Origin: a virus | Taxonomy: Duplodnaviria; Caudoviricetes | DNA: 54,673 bases | Direction: 5' to 3' (one strand) | Virus record (IMG/VR): IMGVR_UViG_3300009026_000012 | Span: 1-54,673 of that record | Part shown: piece by piece, positions 51,466-54,673 of the stretch | How positions within the stretch are numbered: position 1 is the first letter of the stretch | How the letters are laid out: the number at the start of each line of letters is the position of its first letter | Notes under the pieces: model-generated | What the model was told of the DNA's origin: nothing | What the model saw: the letters and a program-made list of their open reading frames with translations, nothing else | Database searches by the model: none | Program-made: the position numbers and the translations under genes

Positions 51466-53472
51466 CTAATCCTCCGCACTGTCAAACCAAAACATGCCCT
51501 CCTCCAGCTCTGTATAGGCTACATCGAGCTCCACTACCTCCATTTCGAGAAGGCGGAGGCAAACATCCGCGACTACCATGTCGTACCCCGCGCAGCAATA
51601 CACAAGCAAATCCCACCCCTCGTTAGGGGCGTTACCCCCGCCGGGGCGATACCACTCGAACCCGACACGCTGCCCGGTTCGAGCGTTTACCACTTCGCGC
51701 TTATACTCCTTACACAACTCGTCGAAAAAACGGTCCGTAAATTCCTGCGGGAAGTTTAAATGGTTCAACCCCAAGGCACCGGAGTCCGGCCTCTCCCGGC
51801 GCAACGCGCTAGCACACCGATCTTTGTACAAGTCGACCACGATGTTATACCCGGTCGTCCCTAGTTTAGATACGAAGGGTTGAAACTCCTTGACTACGGC
51901 ATTCTTTTGGGGGGTGGCCCGTCCCATGATGGGGAACACGCCCGCCGCATAAGGGGCAGAGAACCCGTACGCTAGATCTGAGTTGTACCCCGCATCAATC
52001 AACGATATGGCGATAGGGTACACTTTGCCGTCGTCGCTCGCGTACTGCTTTGTATCAATCATTTTTTTAAGCTCCACCCACGGCTCATTGTCCAGCGATG
52101 TGCAATCCCCCTCTATTACCCGGTGTTCTATGCCGTAGCCTATACGATTGTGCCCCATACCCATGACTAGCACGTCCAAGTGGGACTTGTGCACGTCCAC
52201 CGCCAAAGTGAGCGCGTATATGGGGTGGCCCGTCTCTTCTATCGCCAATTTGTTGGGGACCATCTTCTCGTGGTACTCCATGCGGCGGTGCAGCTGGACG
52301 CGCTGCTTACTGAGTTTCTCCCCCACGGCACGATACGGGGAGCCTAGGACGTTATTGTAGAATTGTTGGTGTAGTTCTAGGTCTTTGACGCGGTTCGCTG
52401 TCGGATCATAGCTCCGTAGGTACTTGATAACCTGCTTATCCCAGCTCTCAAAACTCGAATAGTAGGCCGGGGTATGGTAGCTGCGGTGGTTTTGCTGGTC
52501 CGGGTCGGCCGTAGGCTCCCACGCGCAGTGCCTCCCGCCATCCCTGTACCAGTACGATACGTCCGCATGGCGGTGCTCGTGCTGGCAAAACTTGCACAGG
52601 TAACGGGTAGACCCCGGAACCAATAACCCGGCGGAAGTGGTTTTCCACCGCATCCCCCACGCGTTGCCCGTTTTCCTGTCGACCCCGTCCCATTTAAGGG
52701 ACTGGTACTTCCCGCACCCCTTGCACGGAACCATGTAGAGGCGCCGGTCCCCCGACAAAAACCCCTCGTTGATAGGGCTTGGGTCCAGTAGGGGGGTGGA
52801 GATCCGAAATATTTTTCTACGATGCTCGTACGTGGTCGTCCTGTCTTCGGCAAGGGCGCCGGGCTTCCCGTCTTTACCTGCCCGGGTAGCGTAGGAATCG
52901 ATCTCATCCTCTAGTAAAACCATGATAGAAGTAGAGCGGAGCTTCCCTGGGGAATTCGCCCCGAATGTTAGCAAAAAACCCCCGCCTAGCCATTCGATAG
53001 AGGACTCTTTTAGCCCCGTTTTTCGAGGGTTCCTACTGTCGTTAGACTGTATTAGGTGGTAGAGGTCCGAGTGCTCTAGCATGGGAATGATGTATTTTTC
53101 GACCCGAAGCTTAACGAGATCCGCGTCGGTAGACATTAGCATCATAGGCGCGTCTTTCACGTGCTCGATGTAGTAGCCTATGCCATTTTCGAGCACCCCC
53201 ACCGTGGCGCCGATCTGTACACCCTTCATGTAGTCGACAATCTCCACCGGGGAGTATGGGCTCAAACAATCCACTATCTCCCGGAGGAAAGGCGCCGCCT
53301 CATACCGGTAAAAGCCCGGGCGCGCTGTGACGTGGGGGGGCAGGTAGCGCGTTTTTTCCGCCCAGTCGCTAGGTTGTATTTTTTCGTGGAGGGTGGGGAG
53401 CGCGAGAATTTGCGAGATCATCCAGTCCCGCTCCCTCGTCCGCTGGTCCCCGCTGGTAAAATTAACAGCCAC
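51466..53472 (-). CDS. Terminase large subunit (lambda GpA family)
   Basis: KGVQIGAT, LLEDEID, ISTP, VPCKGCG, LAVDVH, IDAGY, NE.WD..VY. Confidence 0.93.
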   Translation of the reverse strand: MAVNFTSGDQRTRERDWMISQILALPTLHEKIQPSDWAEKTRYLPPHVTARPGFYRYEAAPFLREIVDCLSPYSPVEIVDYMKGVQIGATVGVLENGIGYYIEHVKDAPMMLMSTDADLVKLRVEKYIIPMLEHSDLYHLIQSNDSRNPRKTGLKESSIEWLGGGFLLTFGANSPGKLRSTSIMVLLEDEIDSYATRAGKDGKPGALAEDRTTTYEHRRKIFRISTPLLDPSPINEGFLSGDRRLYMVPCKGCGKYQSLKWDGVDRKTGNAWGMRWKTTSAGLLVPGSTRYLCKFCQHEHRHADVSYWYRDGGRHCAWEPTADPDQQNHRSYHTPAYYSSFESWDKQVIKYLRSYDPTANRVKDLELHQQFYNNVLGSPYRAVGEKLSKQRVQLHRRMEYHEKMVPNKLAIEETGHPIYALTLAVDVHKSHLDVLVMGMGHNRIGYGIEHRVIEGDCTSLDNEPWVELKKMIDTKQYASDDGKVYPIAISLIDAGYNSDLAYGFSAPYAAGVFPIMGRATPQKNAVVKEFQPFVSKLGTTGYNIVVDLYKDRCASALRRERPDSGALGLNHLNFPQEFTDRFFDELCKEYKREVVNARTGQRVGFEWYRPGGGNAPNEGWDLLVYCCAGYDMVVADVCLRLLEMEVVELDVAYTELEEGMFWFDSAED

Positions 53473-53737
53473 GAGGTTCCTCGCTGTTGCTGTCGTCGTA
53501 GATCTCTAGTTTGGTTTTGTACTCGGGGTGAGACTGGTCAGCCGCTATGCGCTCGGCGTTGTCTTTCGACCATTCGCGGATCTGGCGTTTTACCCGGCCC
53601 ATTAGGTGCGTGGGCAGCGTTAGCGGGTAGTAGAAATTCCCTTCGTAATAGTACAGCGTCCACACCGCCCCTTTAGCGGTGGACCACCCGGGCACCGGGA
53701 GCCGGCCGCTGTCTATCAAAATGCTTGCACCGCTCAT
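53462..53737 (-). CDS. Hypothetical protein between the terminase subunits
   Basis: 91-aa ORF overlapping both neighbours. Confidence 0.6.
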   Translation of the reverse strand: MSGASILIDSGRLPVPGWSTAKGAVWTLYYYEGNFYYPLTLPTHLMGRVKRQIREWSKDNAERIAADQSHPEYKTKLEIYDDSNSEEPRGC

Positions 53738-54561
53738 TGTTCCAACTCCTTTAATTTTTGCACGGCGGATTGTTGCGCCTGTGCTAGCTGGCTGCTTATC
53801 GCGTCGTGGACGGCGAGCTCCATGTCAACAATGCTAGCGCCACTCTCGACTAATTGCTTTAAGTGCACGGCTATGGCCTTGGGGGTGTCTGTGAGTAGGC
53901 GCTTTTGCGTAACCCCTAGGAGCCCAAAAAAGTGCGATTGTACGAAAGACTTGCTAATACTACGCCCCTCGACCTCTTCGGATTTTAGTTGTTTTTGCCG
54001 GATATCTTCTATCGACTTCCGGGCGTCTAGTAGCGTTTTAAACTGGGGGAGGGTGCCGAATTTTAAAATAATGTCCTCTAACGGCATCCGCAAATAGGGC
54101 CGGACGTGCTCGTCGATAATCGCGAGCGAGGAGGCGGGGGGTTCGTACTGCGTGTCGGCCACGTTGGTGGGCGGTATCTCCGCCGGGGGGGTCCGTCTAG
54201 CGCCCGCCTGCTCCTCGACCGGGGCCACTGTCCCCACGTCAATGCCTTGCAGCGCCATCATGTCCACCAACTTAGTGGCGCGGTTGTGCCCCACCTTCGT
54301 GGCCTTTCTCACCACGTGCGTACTGATAACCCCCGCCACCCGGCACGCTTCCACAGCGTCTAGGTATAGAGGGTCTTGGGCGTTTTTACCGCGTAGGTTG
54401 TCTAGGCGCTGCTTCCACTTCTCGACTAGCGGGTGGGCTAGGTCGATCTTCTTACCGATCAAAGCGGAGCGAAGCTCCCCTTGTATCAGTCTGGTTACTT
54501 GGCTAGGCAAAACGTCGTGGAGCCGCCCGAATTCGGCCTTAGAAACGAGTTGTACAGTCAT
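53734..54561 (-). CDS. Terminase small subunit (Nu1-like)
   Basis: N-terminal wHTH SKAEF.R...V....VT, coiled coil; first gene after the putative cos. Confidence 0.75.
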   Translation of the reverse strand: MTVQLVSKAEFGRLHDVLPSQVTRLIQGELRSALIGKKIDLAHPLVEKWKQRLDNLRGKNAQDPLYLDAVEACRVAGVISTHVVRKATKVGHNRATKLVDMMALQGIDVGTVAPVEEQAGARRTPPAEIPPTNVADTQYEPPASSLAIIDEHVRPYLRMPLEDIILKFGTLPQFKTLLDARKSIEDIRQKQLKSEEVEGRSISKSFVQSHFFGLLGVTQKRLLTDTPKAIAVHLKQLVESGASIVDMELAVHDAISSQLAQAQQSAVQKLKELEQ

Positions 54562-54658
54562 GGGGGAGGAGTGTACCCCCGAATCCTGTACGCGTACAGC
54601 CTAAAGCCGCTAGGGGTGAAATTTTGGGAAAAAAATCAGTGAGTCACAAATAGTCGCG

Positions 54659-54673
54659 GGGGCGAACCTAAAC
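54659..54673. repeat. Terminal direct overlap, right copy
   Basis: Identical to 1..15. Confidence 0.9.

Overview
The window appears to be a complete ~54.7-kb genome of a tailed dsDNA phage. Its first and last 15 nt are identical, and the junction sits just upstream of the terminase genes and looks cos-like. It combines a lambda-like head module (GpA terminase, gpW-like, lambda-type portal, S49 protease, gpD-like, gpE-type capsid) with a Mu-like contractile tail and baseplate. Replication genes include a PrimPol/SF3 primase-helicase, SF2 helicase, Cas4-like exonuclease, SSB, family A DNA polymerase and VRR-NUC. I recognised no integrase, CI repressor, methyltransferase or reverse transcriptase. 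The most unusual parts are: (i) an accessory region (about 4-18.5 kb) punctuated by 7 near-identical TTGACA-16-TA(C/T)AAT promoter modules, 6 with a shared leader/RBS, and by gene cassettes bounded by RBS/start microhomologies; (ii) three mosaic paralogs of a CGTVAC-motif protein with near-identical framework DNA and hypervariable loops; (iii) a 132-nt tRNA-like RNA with an expanded anticodon loop and variable arm inside the tail operon; (iv) a ~6.4-kb module of putative fibre/adhesin genes inserted between terminase and portal; (v) apparent genome-wide absence of CCWGG with abundant CTAGG/CTTGG. All calls come from reading motifs by eye; no database searches were run.
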